DNA from: Leptogorgia sarmentosa
Taxonomy: Eukaryota
Direction: 5' to 3'
Assembly (NCBI GenBank): GCA_964658305.1
Contig: OZ210885.1
Location: 5,208,001-5,272,000 of the forward strand
DNA: 64,000 nt
The notes below the pieces were generated by a model. The model did not search any database. It was not told the origin of the DNA and saw only the letters and a program-made list of their open reading frames with translations. The translations under genes and the position numbers were made by a program. Position 1 is the first letter of the stretch. The number at the start of each line of letters is the position of its first letter. Of the stretch, positions 24,871-38,547 are shown piece by piece.

Positions 24871-26274
24871 TTCCAGTTTGTTACTTTTTTCCAATTCTGT
24901 AATAAAATTGACAAGAAGTAAATGTAGGAAAATTGTTTCACTATTGATAGGAGAGTGTATTAGTGTGCAACCTGCCCATGACGTTTTATCTCCCGTCTTG
25001 AAAATTTGATTATTTTATACAATCATTTAGTAGCTTCTTTTTTTCTATAAGTGGTAGTACCTTTCTGAAGAGAGCAAAAGAAAAATATAGTGTTTATAGT
25101 GTTTAACCTTAAACATTAAACATCTGTTCAACAGCCTACATTTTGAGATCTTCACTTTGGCTATTTCGGTTAAAAAATTTCAAATTAAAAAAGTTTTCAT
25201 ACAGACCTGGCGATTACTGGGTACGTCCCACTTTTTATTTAATAAGACCCTGCAATTTTCTTTGCCAAACCGGTTTGAGGATAAATATCGTGTTGATCAG
25301 TTCTGAGAGCCACAGCTTTTTTTTGTTCCTTTCATAATACCGTCTTGGGGAAGCGATTTGCTAAAATGTTAATTATCCGTGCGCGTGTGCATGCTGTGAC
25401 ATCTACAGGGTGTGACACTTTCTACTCTCTTTAAATTGAAAGTCTATTTCGCTCAGATTTAATCAAATTTTAATTTTGTAATTAGCTTAAAAGCTCCGTC
25501 TGGCTTTAGATTTTGTCATATTGAGAAAGCTAATTCCCAGATGCATACTTTCCTTCTGTAGTACTTGTTTCTACATAGAAATAATAATTCAATAAATCAA
25601 ATTTTGGGAATCATCGAAATCCCATCAAAAGGCGTGGCTATGAATTTTCCTATATCGACTGTCCTTAACGCTCGCAGTGCCCCTCCTGCCTTTTTATCGT
25701 TCCTGTCTAAAAGCAATATTCATTCATCAAATCGCCATGTGGTAATTTGCCATGTCTATTTTTAAATTAACTGATTAAATTCTAGAATATTAACTTCGTG
25801 TCTCATAAAAAGGCATAAATATAAATATGTTATAAATACTTCTGTCGTTCATGAACCATTCTATTCAATTCTCAAAGGCATAACAACGCACGTTCATACA
25901 AATAGCCTTATCCATACTGAAATTGGCTTAAATGTTTAACAAATTGAACTAATTCTGTTTGGCAATTTCACACACAAGAAATACTGTGAGGAAGCCAGCC
26001 ATTCAATGTCCGACGTGAGAAAATGCGGAGCGTTTTGCGGAATGGTGGGACTCGCGCAAGCGCGGGGGGTCTGACAGAGCCATCGGGCTGTCTGGGGGAA
26101 AATGTTGAAATTTAGGCCTGTGAAATGACTACGGATGCTTCTAAATTTAACGCTGATCGAGAAATGGTAGACACGTTTTTGCTGAGTCAACTAAAATATA
26201 TGAGAACTCCTATCTGTGGAAAAATTATTGGTGGGGCTAAAACCCAGCGAGCCACCCTGCTCCGCAGTCCCTTG

Positions 26275-28945
26275 TCAAATGAATACAAAAACATTCTAGT
26301 TTAGGCCCCTGAATTAATAAATAATTCCCCCCCTTGAATTAAATGCCCTCATTGGTAAATCATGTTTAAGTAATTTTGCTCTCTCTATATGATTATTAAC
26401 ACAATGCTCCTATAAATGCATGCGTTCGACTTATTTGGTTTGTATGCAGGGGTCTTAAAAAACCCAATTGAAAGCATTGAAATACACCATAGTGACAATA
26501 GACCTTATGCATAATGGTCCATAATGACGTTTGTTACGCGGCATTTCAGAGTCTTAAGTCTACCATTTTCAGACAGGGTTAGTGAGTTTTACCGATAATG
26601 ATGATAGTTTTTGTGTGAAGTTAAAAAAAATGTGCAAGTCTTGATCATTGTGCAAGAATGTTTTGTTGAAGCTGTTTTAATTTAATGTCAAGCAAATTTT
26701 TAAGAAGGGGTCCAACTTTACCGAGGGGAGTAATAAGGACTGAAGATGAAGTGCTCTGAGGTATCTGAAATAGCCCTTAGCAAGTATAAACATGAGAAAT
26801 CAGACTTAAAACAAGTAAAAATTTCATCACTTTTTTCTACATGTTGTATAAAAAATGCAGCTGTTTAATAATTATTCACTTTGTTTTCAAACTCAATCGA
26901 TTTTAAGGTCTTAGAAATTCAAAATTGCGATCCACTATAATATCTGCATGTTGTCGTAATTCATCAAACGTGCGTCTCTATTCTCTGGCGACATCTTGTG
27001 GTGTGGTAGAAAATACTTGTATTCTTGTTTGTTATGGAAGCCTGCCAACCACCTACCTGTATGTATACAAGAGAGCCCCACCCCAATCAAACGTTGACAC
27101 ACAAAGTATTACAAAGCTGCAAACATGACTAAGATTTTGTCTAAATTCATCAAAGTGGTATATGTATTTTTCTTTTTAACAATCTTTATACAACTATTTT
27201 TCTACGTCTTCTTGTTATATAATGCCTATATTCACTAGTTTATTATAAAAATCCCAAATGTAGTAATCTGAGGGATCGGAAAATGCGGTGCTCCTTTTAA
27301 CTCACTGAAACTCATGTCGAAGTATTCATTTGAGAGACGTGACAATTTTGAGATTCTGGCTTCCTTCCGGTCGATGCTTCGTTTCGCCACATGTTTATTG
27401 TCCTCTTGTTTAAGACGAAGGCGACGAAGATGAAAACTCCTGTTTTAAATAGAAAGATTCTTTGAAACAAACTTTGCATCTTCGATTTCTTTGTTATATT
27501 CAGTGGCAGATTATTAGTTGCGGGGCCTGTAGGCTATGAGTAAATAGTAGGAAGGGAACTAGCAGGAAGAGACCAGAGGATAAAGTCGTAAATATGCTGA
27601 ATTAGTAACTCTTTTCAAATGAATACAAAAACATTCTAGTTTAGGCCCCTGAATTAATAAATAATTCCCCCCCTTGAATTAAATGCCCTCATTGGTAAAT
27701 CATGTTTAAGTAATTTTGCTCTCTCTATATGATTATTAACACAATGCTCCTATAAATGCATGCGTTCGACTTATTTGGTTTGTATGCAGGGGTCTTAAAA
27801 AACCCAATTGAAAGCATTGAAATACACCATAGTGACAATAGACCTTATGCATAATGGTCCATAATGACGTTTGTTACGCGGCATTTCAGAGTCTTAAGTC
27901 TACCATTTTCAGACAGGGTTAGTGAGTTTTACCGATAATGATGATAGTTTTTGTGTGAAGTTAAAAAAAATGTGCAAGTCTTGATCATTGTGCAAGAATG
28001 TTTTGTTGAAGCTGTTTTAATTTAATGTCAAGCAAATTTTTAAGAAGGGGTCCAACTTTACCGAGGGGAGTAATAAGGACTGAAGATGAAGTGCTCTGAG
28101 GTATCTGAAATAGCCCTTAGCAAGTATAAACATGAGAAATCAGACTTAAAACAAGTAAAAATTTCATCACTTTTTTCTACATGTTGTATAAAAAATGCAG
28201 CTGTTTAATAATTATTCACTTTGTTTTCAAACTCAATCGATTTTAAGGTCTTAGAAATTCAAAATTGCGATCCACTATAATATCTGCATGTTGTCGTAAT
28301 TCATCAAACGTGCGTCTCTATTCTCTGGCGACATCTTGTGGTGTGGTAGAAAATACTTGTATTCTTGTTTGTTATGGAAGCCTGCCAACCACCTACCTGT
28401 ATGTATACAAGAGAGCCCCACCCCAATCAAACGTTGACACACAAAGTATTACAAAGCTGCAAACATGACTAAGATTTTGTCTAAATTCATCAAAGTGGTA
28501 TATGTATTTTTCTTTTTAACAATCTTTATACAACTATTTTTCTACGTCTTCTTGTTATATAATGCCTATATTCACTAGTTTATTATAAAAATCCCAAATG
28601 TAGTAATCTGAGGGATCGGAAAATGCGGTGCTCCTTTTAACTCACTGAAACTCATGTCGAAGTATTCATTTGAGAGACGTGACAATTTTGAGATTCTGGC
28701 TTCCTTCCGGTCGATGCTTCGTTTCGCCACATGTTTATTGTCCTCTTGTTTAAGACGAAGGCGACGAAGATGAAAACTCCTGTTTTAAATAGAAAGATTC
28801 TTTGAAACAAACTTTGCATCTTCGATTTCTTTGTTATATTCAGTGGCAGATTATTAGTTGCGGGGCCTGTAGGCTATGAGTAAATAGTAGGAAGGGAACT
28901 AGCAGGAAGAGACCAGAGGATAAAGTCGTAAATATGCTGAATTAG
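26275..28945. repeat. Near-perfect 1340-bp tandem duplication (26275-27605 / 27615-28945)
   Basis: Identical text at offset 1340, e.g. identical ORFs 26925-27128 and 28265-28468. 9-nt junction taactcttt. Confidence 0.95.
27312..27439 (-). other. Duplicated terminal coding exon of GPCR paralog 2
   Basis: Identical to 28652-28779 (GVFIFVAFVLNKRT...NTST*), with an intact acceptor. Confidence 0.85.
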
Positions 28946-31900
28946 CTATGTTCTCCTCTAACTGCTTATTTAGTAAAAGAGAAAAATTGGAAAAACTCAT
29001 TCCCTACAAAAGCACGCGGGTGTCTCAAAAGCCTGGGCCTGTAGGCTTCAGCTCACTCCGCCTATTGGGTAATCTGCCACTGGTTATACTCGCAGGCGTT
29101 GATACTGAATATGATTATATGATAAACAACACTTGGTACATCAATGGGAACCCAACTGATTTATTACCGTAAACTGTTGTGTTAATAGTGGTTCCGTCGT
29201 TAAACCCAAAGTTTAAACCAATTTATTGAGATTTCACGAATATTTGCAAAGAAAGGTTTGCTAAGCATATCCGCCACTATTCTGTTTCATTTTGGGATAG
29301 AAAAAAATGGCAGGTTCTGAAGAGGTCAGACAATGGGACTAGTAAACAAAACGCCAAGTAACCAAGTGTTGAAAGGGATATTTAGAACTTTTAATATTTT
29401 TAACATTATTTAAACTTTTAACAATTCATACATTTTTAAATGATGATCGTGCACCTTGAAGTGCTCACCTTGTAGACTGTTCACAATAATAAAGAGGTAC
29501 TCCATAACAACGCTATATGGAACACCCAAACCCAGGAACCACGTGACGCCCATCACCGTTGACAGCTTACAGTAGATTTTCGCATTCTTTCTTCTGGAGT
29601 TGGATTTGACTGATTTTTGAACAACTTTTGTTACCTAAAAGGCAGCAAGAATCCATGTATTATCATTTTTAGCGATGCTAAATTATACCTGGAGAGAGTT
29701 CAGTTGAATAAATTATTTTTAAGACATCCATGAAATTCTTCCATACATATACATATCACACAGCCATTGAAACAAGATATGAATAGGACAAAAACTTATT
29801 TTTCTAAAGGCAATACGTGAAGTTTAGACACGTCATTAATTTACCTTGGTTACATCATGGATACTGAATATGGCCCTTATCAAAGAGACGGCATTGAAAA
29901 GTAGCATGATTGCAACTGGGACGCAGAAGAATAATATCAAAGCCAACCGTTTGCCAATCCAACACGACATTGATTCACCTACAAAAAATACGAGAATAAC
30001 TTCTTGTATATTCCGCCTTCAAATTTTTTGTATATTCCGCCTTGTCGTTTTCATACTTTTTATGGGTCCTTTTTATGATATTTTTTCTCCGTTTATCCTT
30101 CTCTGTAAATCAACCTTTCAAACATAAAAATTCCTAAACAATTTGGACGACAAATATTGTTTCATTATAATCATTTCCTTACCATATCCAGCATGGATGA
30201 CATTTGTTTCTCCAAGTATGATGGTCAGTAACACGATTCCAGTCGAAGTCGACATGGAAAAAATAACATAACGGCGAAATCCAGAACGGCTTGAATTTGT
30301 ACTCGAAGTTTTCCCTGAAAGAGTCATAAAGTATTTTTAATTTTGGAATGGTGTATCCCTTCCGAGGTGATTTATAGGAGTACATATTGTATCTATATAT
30401 TGCCCTGGTTACCCACCATTTCGGGAAAATGTCTTCGAGACATCGTAACTCATGACTGTCATCCAGGTAAAAGAAGATAGAATCGCCCAGTGTAACAAAA
30501 TCGCCATAGCTTTGCATCCTGGACTTCCTGACGTCGCATAAGGACTAGCCAATAGGAGACCTTGATAAGCTATGAGTGATAGTGACAATGCAAGCAATAT
30601 CAGACCTGGAACTGTTCTTAACGCTGTAAAATGAAGGTACGTCATCACGACTGCTAGTAGACACACGATTGATAAGGATAAGCCAATCACAGTTAGATAA
30701 CTTTGTATGACGTCATCAAGGCTTTCTGCAGTCTTCGAGCCTTCGGCTTCGTTATCGTCAGAACTCTGAGAGAACGACTTGTGATCGAAAAATAACGTCA
30801 ACGAAGATTTTGGAATTATATTTTTTGGCGGAATTTGGAATTTCTTAACGCTTTTTCCATTGCATGAAGCGCAATGAAAATTTTTGTAAACTTCACCGTC
30901 TGCCTGAAGTAATTGAGAATAATCTTTACATTTGTGCACGAGGTCGTTGTATTTCAATGATTCTTCAGCGCTGACTGCAGATTCGCATAGCGTTGCCTTT
31001 GTGCAACGACTTACAGAAGCAGCACTTTCATTTTCCGGGGAAACATACCAGGTACAATTCTCCCGTAGGTAGGCACTGCCATATGTGAAATCAGTACCGT
31101 TTTTGACTTTGACTGGGTCAAAGCATGCTACCAACAAACCCCATCGAGTGAAGTTAGTAATCCCATGACACTGTGCATAATACGCGTTTATATAGGTTTT
31201 TCCATCTTCGCCAGTAACCGGAATGCGTTCGACAATCTCCGTGAAGTTATTGTTAGGTCTGATGCAATTTCGTGTTTGGCTCTGATTGCCTGTCATCTTT
31301 GTTACTGGACAACGGTTTATCATCATATAGGCGATGGTCATTCGGCTCTTATTGTTTTTTGGTTGGTGGAATTTGGTATCCACACACTCCCAAAGTTGTT
31401 GTGCTGACTGATCAAATGGTTTTGTCGTTACGTTGCAGCTAAAAAAAAAACAGCGAAAAATACGGTCGATAAATAAGCAACATGCTCAAATTTTTACACA
31501 ACATTTATCGTCCTTTTTTAAGAACTTACCTTGGCCAGTAATCCACGCAACAATCTTTATATAGTGGACATAATCTGTCGCAGTGACAGTAAGGGGCAAT
31601 ATCTCTGCTATCTCTTGTTTCATCGCAACGTTTCACACAAGATTTTTCATCCATTTTTAAGGAAAAACGGTTTCCACTTCCAACTGGACGACGAAAACTT
31701 GCGAGAAGAATCGCTCTTTCAAACTTCTTGTAATCATCACGAAGTTCGACGTAGGCAGTGGACGCTGGATCATCTGTAAACAAAGAATCATGTGATCGAG
31801 GTTTTTCATTCACTTTTTGAAAAGAGTTGCTTTTCTCGAAGTATCACATTACTACGTTCTCTATATGTACTGTAACATAATATCTACTAATTAGGGCATT

Positions 31901-32359
31901 TTTGAATTTTTATTCTGATCTTTTTTGTTTAGTTATTTTAAATCTTCGAATACAGTACACATCCAAATGGCGATCATTTTGAGATGAAGTGGCGCAAGAG
32001 GATCTCCATCGTATCCTTATTGAACCAAGGTTGTCATAATTCGTGAATAAATTAGCCAAACCGTCATTAATAGCTATCGTCAAGGAGGCAAAGAAAATAA
32101 GAAAACAAAAAGCAAAGAAGAACAATGAGCATAGTTAGAAGTTTAACTAATTTATTCAGGTGAACTGGCGGCAACCCTGTATTGAACTGAACCTGTGTTC
32201 TCTACTTTGACTCGATTTCTTGTGGTTTCCTAAATATGGGAGTTCAAATTTTAGTAGGGAGTTAAATATTCGCTTACCATATTCTTTGATCAGTGTCGTT
32301 CTTGCAATATGCCCAAAGATAATCTGACATAAAAGAAACTGAAGGACGAAACTATGCAT
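28652..32359 (-). CDS. Somatomedin-B domain class B-like GPCR, paralog 2 (~635 aa, 7 coding exons)
   Basis: Exons (-): 32278-32359, 31530-31773, 30417-31438, 30183-30314, 29845-29978, 29469-29634, 28652-28779. Same exon lengths as paralog 1, GT-AG introns, open frame. Confidence 0.85.
28841..29082. mobile_element. hAT-type MITE in the last intron of GPCR paralog 2
   Basis: TIRs cagtggcagatta / taatctgccactg; 8-bp TSD gttatatt/gttatact; single gttatact at the empty site in paralog 1 (~21503). Confidence 0.9.
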
Positions 32360-33571
32360 TTCCAGTTTGTTTCTTTTTTCAATTCTGTAATAAATTTGAC
32401 AAGAAGTAAATTTAGGAAAGTTCTTTTCCTGTTGACGGGAGATCGGTTTACAACCTGTCGAAAACGATCTCCCATCTTGAAAATTGGATTTTTTACACAA
32501 TCATGTAGAAGCTTCTTTTTTTCTGTAAGTCGTACTACTGAAGGAAGGCAAAGCAAAATATAACTAGTATTTGTAGAAGTCAATTTCAGTAAGCAGTTCA
32601 TTGGTTTAACCTTCAGCATTAAACATCTGCTCAACAGCCTATATCTTCACGTCTTCACTTTGTGGGTTTTCAGGCTAAAAAGACTCAAAGAAAAAAGGTA
32701 CGCTTTATAGCATGCCTATAATTTTAGTGTGCAGTTATAAGATAAGCAGTGATAAAAAGCAAAATGTGCAGTGATAAAATGTCTTCTGAACTTGGAAGAT
32801 GGGGTGAACGATACTTAATTGTCTTTGGTGTAAACTGCATGTGTATCATTTTCAAAATTTTGCAGGAAATGTCATGTCGGAGACTCTGGATTACAAAATT
32901 TCTACGGGTGCATGACCCCGCATCCCTCGAGAGTTTCGTCATGGCAACATCGCCTCTCATTTCTCAATACGAAAACTCTCTGTTCTCTACAGACATGCGA
33001 TATGAACCTAAAATGTCTCACGAAGTCGTAACAGTAGACTGGTATAAGAACGTGGTTCACCTCAAGGGCGTAACTGTACTAGGCTAAAACTTTACACGAA
33101 ATTAAATGTGCAGTAATAAAAATTTCTTAAAATTAGGTATGTTTTATACAGACCTGGCAATTACTGGGTTCCTCGCACTTTCTATTCAATACGGCCTTGC
33201 AATTTTCTTCTATCTAACCAGTTTGAGCAGGAAATATCACGTTAATCCGTTGCTAGAGCCACAGCGTTTTCTTGTTCCTTTCAACATACCGTCTGAGCAA
33301 GCAGCTTGCTGTAATTTTGAATTTATATTCGCTGAAATATTAATTATGATTGCGCGTCTGCTTGTATAATTGGCAACGATGACATCTGTGTCGGTTTCCA
33401 CTTTGTGCTCTCTTTAAATGGAACGCCTATTTCTCATGGATTTAATTAAATTTTAATTTTAGTTTTTTAATTTGTTTAAAAGGTCCGTTTAGTTTGTAGT
33501 CAGTACAATAAAATATGATAAGCCGAATAGACCAAATGTTACCAAGCTTTCGCACTAAACGTTCATCGTTA

Positions 33572-33773
33572 AGGCCCTGTTACACGATGCCATTTTTCTT
33601 GCAACTTGCAACGCAATTCTGCTCTTGAGAGATGTGAATTAGTGAAAACTGTCTGATTTGTAAAAAATATATTAGGAAAATCTGATGAAGACTCGTACTT
33701 GCCAATTTCACATCTCTTAATAGTAGAATTGCGTTGCAAGTTGCAAGAAAAATTGCATCGTGTAACAGCGCCT
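33572..33773. mobile_element. Harbinger-type MITE (second, diverged copy at ~55609-55810)
   Basis: TIRs aggccctgttacacgatgc / gcatcgtgtaacagcgcct; TTA flanks. Confidence 0.8.
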
Positions 33774-34020
33774 TTAGTGTAAAATTAATGTAATGGTATA
33801 CCTTAAAGCAATATTTATACACCGAATCGCCCATGTGGTAATTTACCAGCCATATCTAGATCTATATTCAAATTGACTTGATTAAATTTTAAAACACTAT
33901 AGTTCAATTTTGAAAATTACGAAAATTAATTTAAGAATCTGCGAGTCTCAAAAAAAAGCAAACGATTAAAGCAACGAAGTTGAATGGCTTAATCATTCTG
34001 TGGTGAGTTCAAGCACTATA

Positions 34021-34627
34021 CAGGGTGTATCAAAAAAAAGTTTACTGATGAAAAACATTCTCTAAACTAACGAGCGCTCAAAATTTCCAAAAACTTTCGG
34101 TTAGCCTGGGTAGTTTAACACCCTCTGGTATATCTAGCACTAAGTTTATTTTAAAAACAGACTTTTTTAGAATGGGAAATGTGGTTACCGAAAGGCCCAT
34201 TAAAAACGGCTTGCGCGGAAAAAATAAGTTTTCTTCACACAATTTGATTTAATCGGATGAAAATATGGAGTATGATATACAAGCTATTCAAGTTTTGAGA
34301 AATTTGGTGCACGCTGAGACGAACGTGCGATGTCCGAAAACTGGATTTTCCGCAACTTGAATAGCTTGTATATCATACTCCATATTTTCATCCGATTAAA
34401 TCAAATTGTGTGAAGAAAACTTATTTTTTCCGCGCAAGCCGTTTTTAATGAGCCTTTCAGTAACCACATTTCCCATTCTAAAAAAGTTTGTTTTTAAAAT
34501 AAACTTAGTGCTAGATATACCAGAGGGTGTTAAACTACCCATGCTAACCGAAAGTTTTTGGAAATTTCGAGCGCTCGTTAGTTTAGAGAATGTTTTTCAT
34601 CAGTAAACTTTTTTTTTATACACCTTG
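34021..34627. mobile_element. Tc1/mariner-type foldback MITE (~270-bp arms)
   Basis: cagggtgtat...atacaccttg termini flanked by TA. Long near-perfect inverted arms around a ~60-bp spacer. Confidence 0.85.
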
Positions 34628-34762
34628 TATATCTCCCAGATTCTAGACAGAAATAACTTGCAATATTATCATTTATGCAAGAATTGCTTTTAAAATGAAA
34701 GAAGTCACTTTAAAGGATCACAAGAGCGAACAGTTGTGGGATTTTACAAATTAAAGAATATA

Positions 34763-34865
34763 TATTCAACGTTTCGACCATTATTTAGTCATCATCAGGA
34801 TAGAAAATTTTCTTTCATTTTCATTCCTGACGATGACTAAACAATTATAGTCGAAACGTTGAAAT
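34763..34865. ncRNA. Pair of oppositely oriented minimal hammerhead ribozyme motifs (Penelope-like remnant)
   Basis: Plus strand: ttc-CTGACGA-t-gacta...tagtc-GAAA-cg-TT-gaa. Minus strand: CTGATGA-t-gact...ggtc-GAAA-cg-TT. Both match the CUGANGA/GAAA core. Confidence 0.6.
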
Positions 34866-35891
34866 AAAAAAATCATGTTTTCGATTTTCGGAGCTTTCCT
34901 TGTATTGTATTTTATTTATTAAAATACTCAGCGGTTCCCATAATTTCTAGTACAAACAAACAGTCAACATATTTATTAGTGTCACTTAAAAACGTTGGGA
35001 AATGAAATAAATTAACCATAAACGATATACAAATGATATAAATTACTGCCTTATTCAATAAATTTGCTTGAATATTAACCAAACTGGAACAAATTAAATT
35101 TGACAATTTCACATGGGACAAATATTGCGAGGAAGCCACTCAGTATCTGACTTGAAATGATTACAAAAAATTTTAAAATTTAGCCAATCAGGGCCCAGTA
35201 ATTTTGTCCCTGAATTAAGAAAAAATTATTCCCTGCTTATTAGTCAATCTTGTTATAGTAATTTTTCTCTCTATATGACTATTAATGCAATACACTTATG
35301 AATATTTAATTTAGACATCAATGCGTTATGATCGACCCATTTAGGTTAATTATGCAAGGTGTCTTAAAAACCCAAAGCAATGAAATTATACACCATAATT
35401 ATGATTGTTTGAATTTGACAGCCCTAGCACTAAGGCTAAGCTGTTGAAAAAACGCGTAAAATTCTAGATCTCGATATTTTTGCTTATGGGAATTTTAAAA
35501 TGTTTTCTTCACACGAAATTTTATTTAATATATACGCACAAAAAGTGATATATTTATATACACAAATTTATTTCATAGACAAATACTGAAAGGGGTAAAT
35601 ATTCCAAATATACTTGAATGTTTACTATAATTTCTGTCTATTTGAATATGGCAAAAATGGTTCATAGCACACCCGGTATAGTTTTGTCAAATCAGCATTT
35701 TTTGGGAGCTCAAACCACTCGCCTAGCTTATGGATTTTAAGCTTTTTGGAAATAAGGATACAATCACTTTCAAAAGTAGTTGGGACACATGCAGTTTCAC
35801 ATTACATTTACTTGTATCCAATTATACCGTCCAAAACAATGTCCTCTCCTCTCCTCCCCTCCACTCCCCCCCCCCCTTCCCCACTGTATTT

Positions 35892-36279
35892 GCTACGCGC
35901 AAATCGCGAGTCATTGTGAGTGAGAATTCAATCGCAAGTTGCAGTCGTTGCGAGTAGATGAACTATTATAAATAATATTAGAACGGATTTACCAGTAGTG
36001 TAGTCTTTCAGAATTTTGCCGGTCAATTTTGTTTGGCTACAAGTATGAAATGCAAAATCTACAGAAGACGTAATATATAAAGGCGATTCATTATTATAAT
36101 GCTGAGTAAACGACAGTGACATTATTAGTTTAACATAGCACGAATGGCCTGCTATATTGGCAATGACAGATTCAGCTTTGTTTTCTTAAAACAGTCGAAG
36201 CGTCTAAAAATCCACTTGCAACGACGCGCAACTTGCGAGTGAATTCTCACTTGCAATGACTCGCAATTTGCGTGTAGCT
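35892..36279. repeat. Inverted-repeat (MITE-like) element
   Basis: gctacgcgcaaatcgcgagtcattg...caagttgc pairs with gcaacttgcgagtgaattctcacttgcaatgactcgcaatttgcgtgtagc. Confidence 0.6.
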
Positions 36280-36597
36280 AGACGTACGAGTGGCGAGTAC
36301 TCGCGAGTGGATGTACCCTTACTCGAGGCTGGTACTGTAGCTAACATTTGTATGTTTAAATACGACGCACTGCTCGTTTAAAAACTTCAGACAGGCTGCT
36401 GTCGTAATTCATCAAACGTGTCCCTTATTCTCTGGCGTTACACATCGACATCTTGTGTTGGTTGTGGTAGGGGGGGGGGACATTTTGTCCCTGTTTGTTG
36501 CGGAAATTCGTTGTTCGGTTGTGAGCTGCACCATTATGGCAGACGATGGCACGATTAAAAGCAACTTTTTGAACTGAGTAGGCCCGAGTAGGCTTAA

Positions 36598-36740
36598 AGG
36601 CCCATTTACACTTGCGATTTTGGCTGCGATTTTCTCCCTTTGACGGATGTGAATGAGCGGATAATTCACTCGTTTACATCCGTCAAAAGAAGAAAGCCGG
36701 ACGAGAAATCGCGGTAAAAGTTGCAAGTGTAAACGGGTCT
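36598..36740. mobile_element. Harbinger-type MITE
   Basis: aggcccatttacacttgc / gcaagtgtaaacgggtct termini with an internal palindrome. Confidence 0.65.
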
Positions 36741-36985
36741 TAGACTTAAAAGTTTCCTGGGGTAAAAAGTCAAAACTGATGTTGTGTTCAAGAACAATAT
36801 AAATATTCCAGAATATTAAGTGTTGCGTTTCTTGATACACCCTGTATTGTATAAAAATACAATCCATTACGGGGGTAACGGGGCTGTTTATATGATCCCA
36901 TCCCACTTACCAGGATTAATTAAATGAAGCGTCAAATGATTTTGAGGTATTGAAATGAGTCATTTTATGAAACGAAACAACCAAA

Positions 36986-37165
36986 CAGGGCCGTCGCTAG
37001 AACGTTAATTGGGGGGGTGCATATTCATATTTTGGCGTTCTGCCGACTGATTTCTTTTGAAATCAGTTGTTTATGAATTAATTTCTAAAGAAATCAGTCG
37101 GCAGAACGCCAAAATATGAATATGCACCCCCCCCCCCCCCAATTAACGTTCTAGCGACGGCCCTG
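36986..37165. mobile_element. hAT-type palindromic MITE (cagggccg family)
   Basis: TIR cagggccgtcgctagaacgttaatt; perfect 8-bp TSD caaccaaa. Confidence 0.9.
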
Positions 37166-37455
37166 CAACCAAAGTTAGGTCACTTCTGGTACCGATCAAT
37201 AGAAAAGATATATTTTGTTCACTCGTTTACAATGCTCAACAACATTTTATATGTTTGATATTTTAGCAGAACAAAATCTTAAGCAATCAGGAATCCAACA
37301 CTGTCTTGAAATCATAAACTATGACTCATTTCAATACCTCAAAATCATTTGACGCTTCATTAAATCCCGTGTATGCGGGACCATATAAACAGCCTCTATA
37401 GTGAAGTTTAGACATACCAACTTATCAGACCAAACATGTTTTGTGATGTGTTTAA

Positions 37456-37608
37456 CAGGGCCGGAGCTAAAACGTTAATTAGGGGGGGGAGGGGTAAATA
37501 TTCATATTTTGATTTCAACAGAAATCAGTCGGCATAACGCCAATATATGAACAAATATTTACCCCCCCCCCCCCCCCCCCCAATATTAATGTTCTAGCGC
37601 CGGCCCTG
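37456..37608. mobile_element. hAT-type MITE (cagggccg family)
   Basis: Same TIR family; TSD gtgtttaa/ttgtttaa (7 of 8 match). Confidence 0.85.
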
Positions 37609-37760
37609 TTGTTTAAATTTGTACTTCAAGACTTTAAGCCGATCTATAGAAGTCTACACTCTATTGTAGCTGCCTAAATTTTGTTTTCAATTAATTACAG
37701 ACCTAACGATCTACAAAGTGACCGATAACTGCATGATGTACACAATCTGTATGATATCAG

Positions 37761-37999
37761 GGGCCGGTTGTTCGTAGCCCGTTTGCTTAAACGGCGGATA
37801 AGTCAAATTTAAATTACGCTCCCGTTCATCTTGTGAATAACTGAGCATGAATGTTAAACCCTAAATATGTAGTTGTGTACACAAGTGTTTATTTTAGATT
37901 GAAAATTTTTCAGTTTGATTGTTCAATGAACACATAGACGTGTTTGATATTTTGGACTTATCCACCGTTTAGGCTAAACGGGCTACGAACAACCGGCCT
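37761..37999. mobile_element. Harbinger-type MITE
   Basis: TIRs gggccggttgttcgtagcccgttt / aaacgggctacgaacaaccggcct; CAG flanks. Confidence 0.8.
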
Positions 38000-38547
38000 C
38001 AGTTAGCCACATGAACGCAGCAACGCTTGCTGACAATCTAAACATTCTCAAATTCTCGATGTGGACTATATAAAAGTTCAGTTGCCCTGTTTCTAGTTTG
38101 GCAGTACGCCATAATATGAATATGCACCCCCCAATTAAAGTTCTAGCGCCTGCCCTGGACACAAACAACTGAACTTCACCTTGCTTATTGAAGTTCTCAA
38201 TGTGTTTTTCTTTACAATTATCAAAGAAAGTACAATTGAAGCTTGCTTGTTTCTGTCAGGTTCCCGAACGCAAAGTAAGATTAAACTCAGAGCAAAGCAG
38301 TCAGGTGTATCATATAGCAATTATAGCATCTTGACCCATAGTTATTTTTGGCAGTATGTTTGTTGTTCAGCCCGTTCGCCATTCAACCTCAACTTGACGT
38401 CATTACTCCGGGAGTTACTCATTACGAAATTAAGTAGCATGACCAAACGGAAATTAAGCATACATAATAGTGCATGTTTATACATTATAATCCCACCTAC
38501 CTGGGATTGAATCATGCAGGCGTAAAGTGATTTTGAGTCAACTCTCA

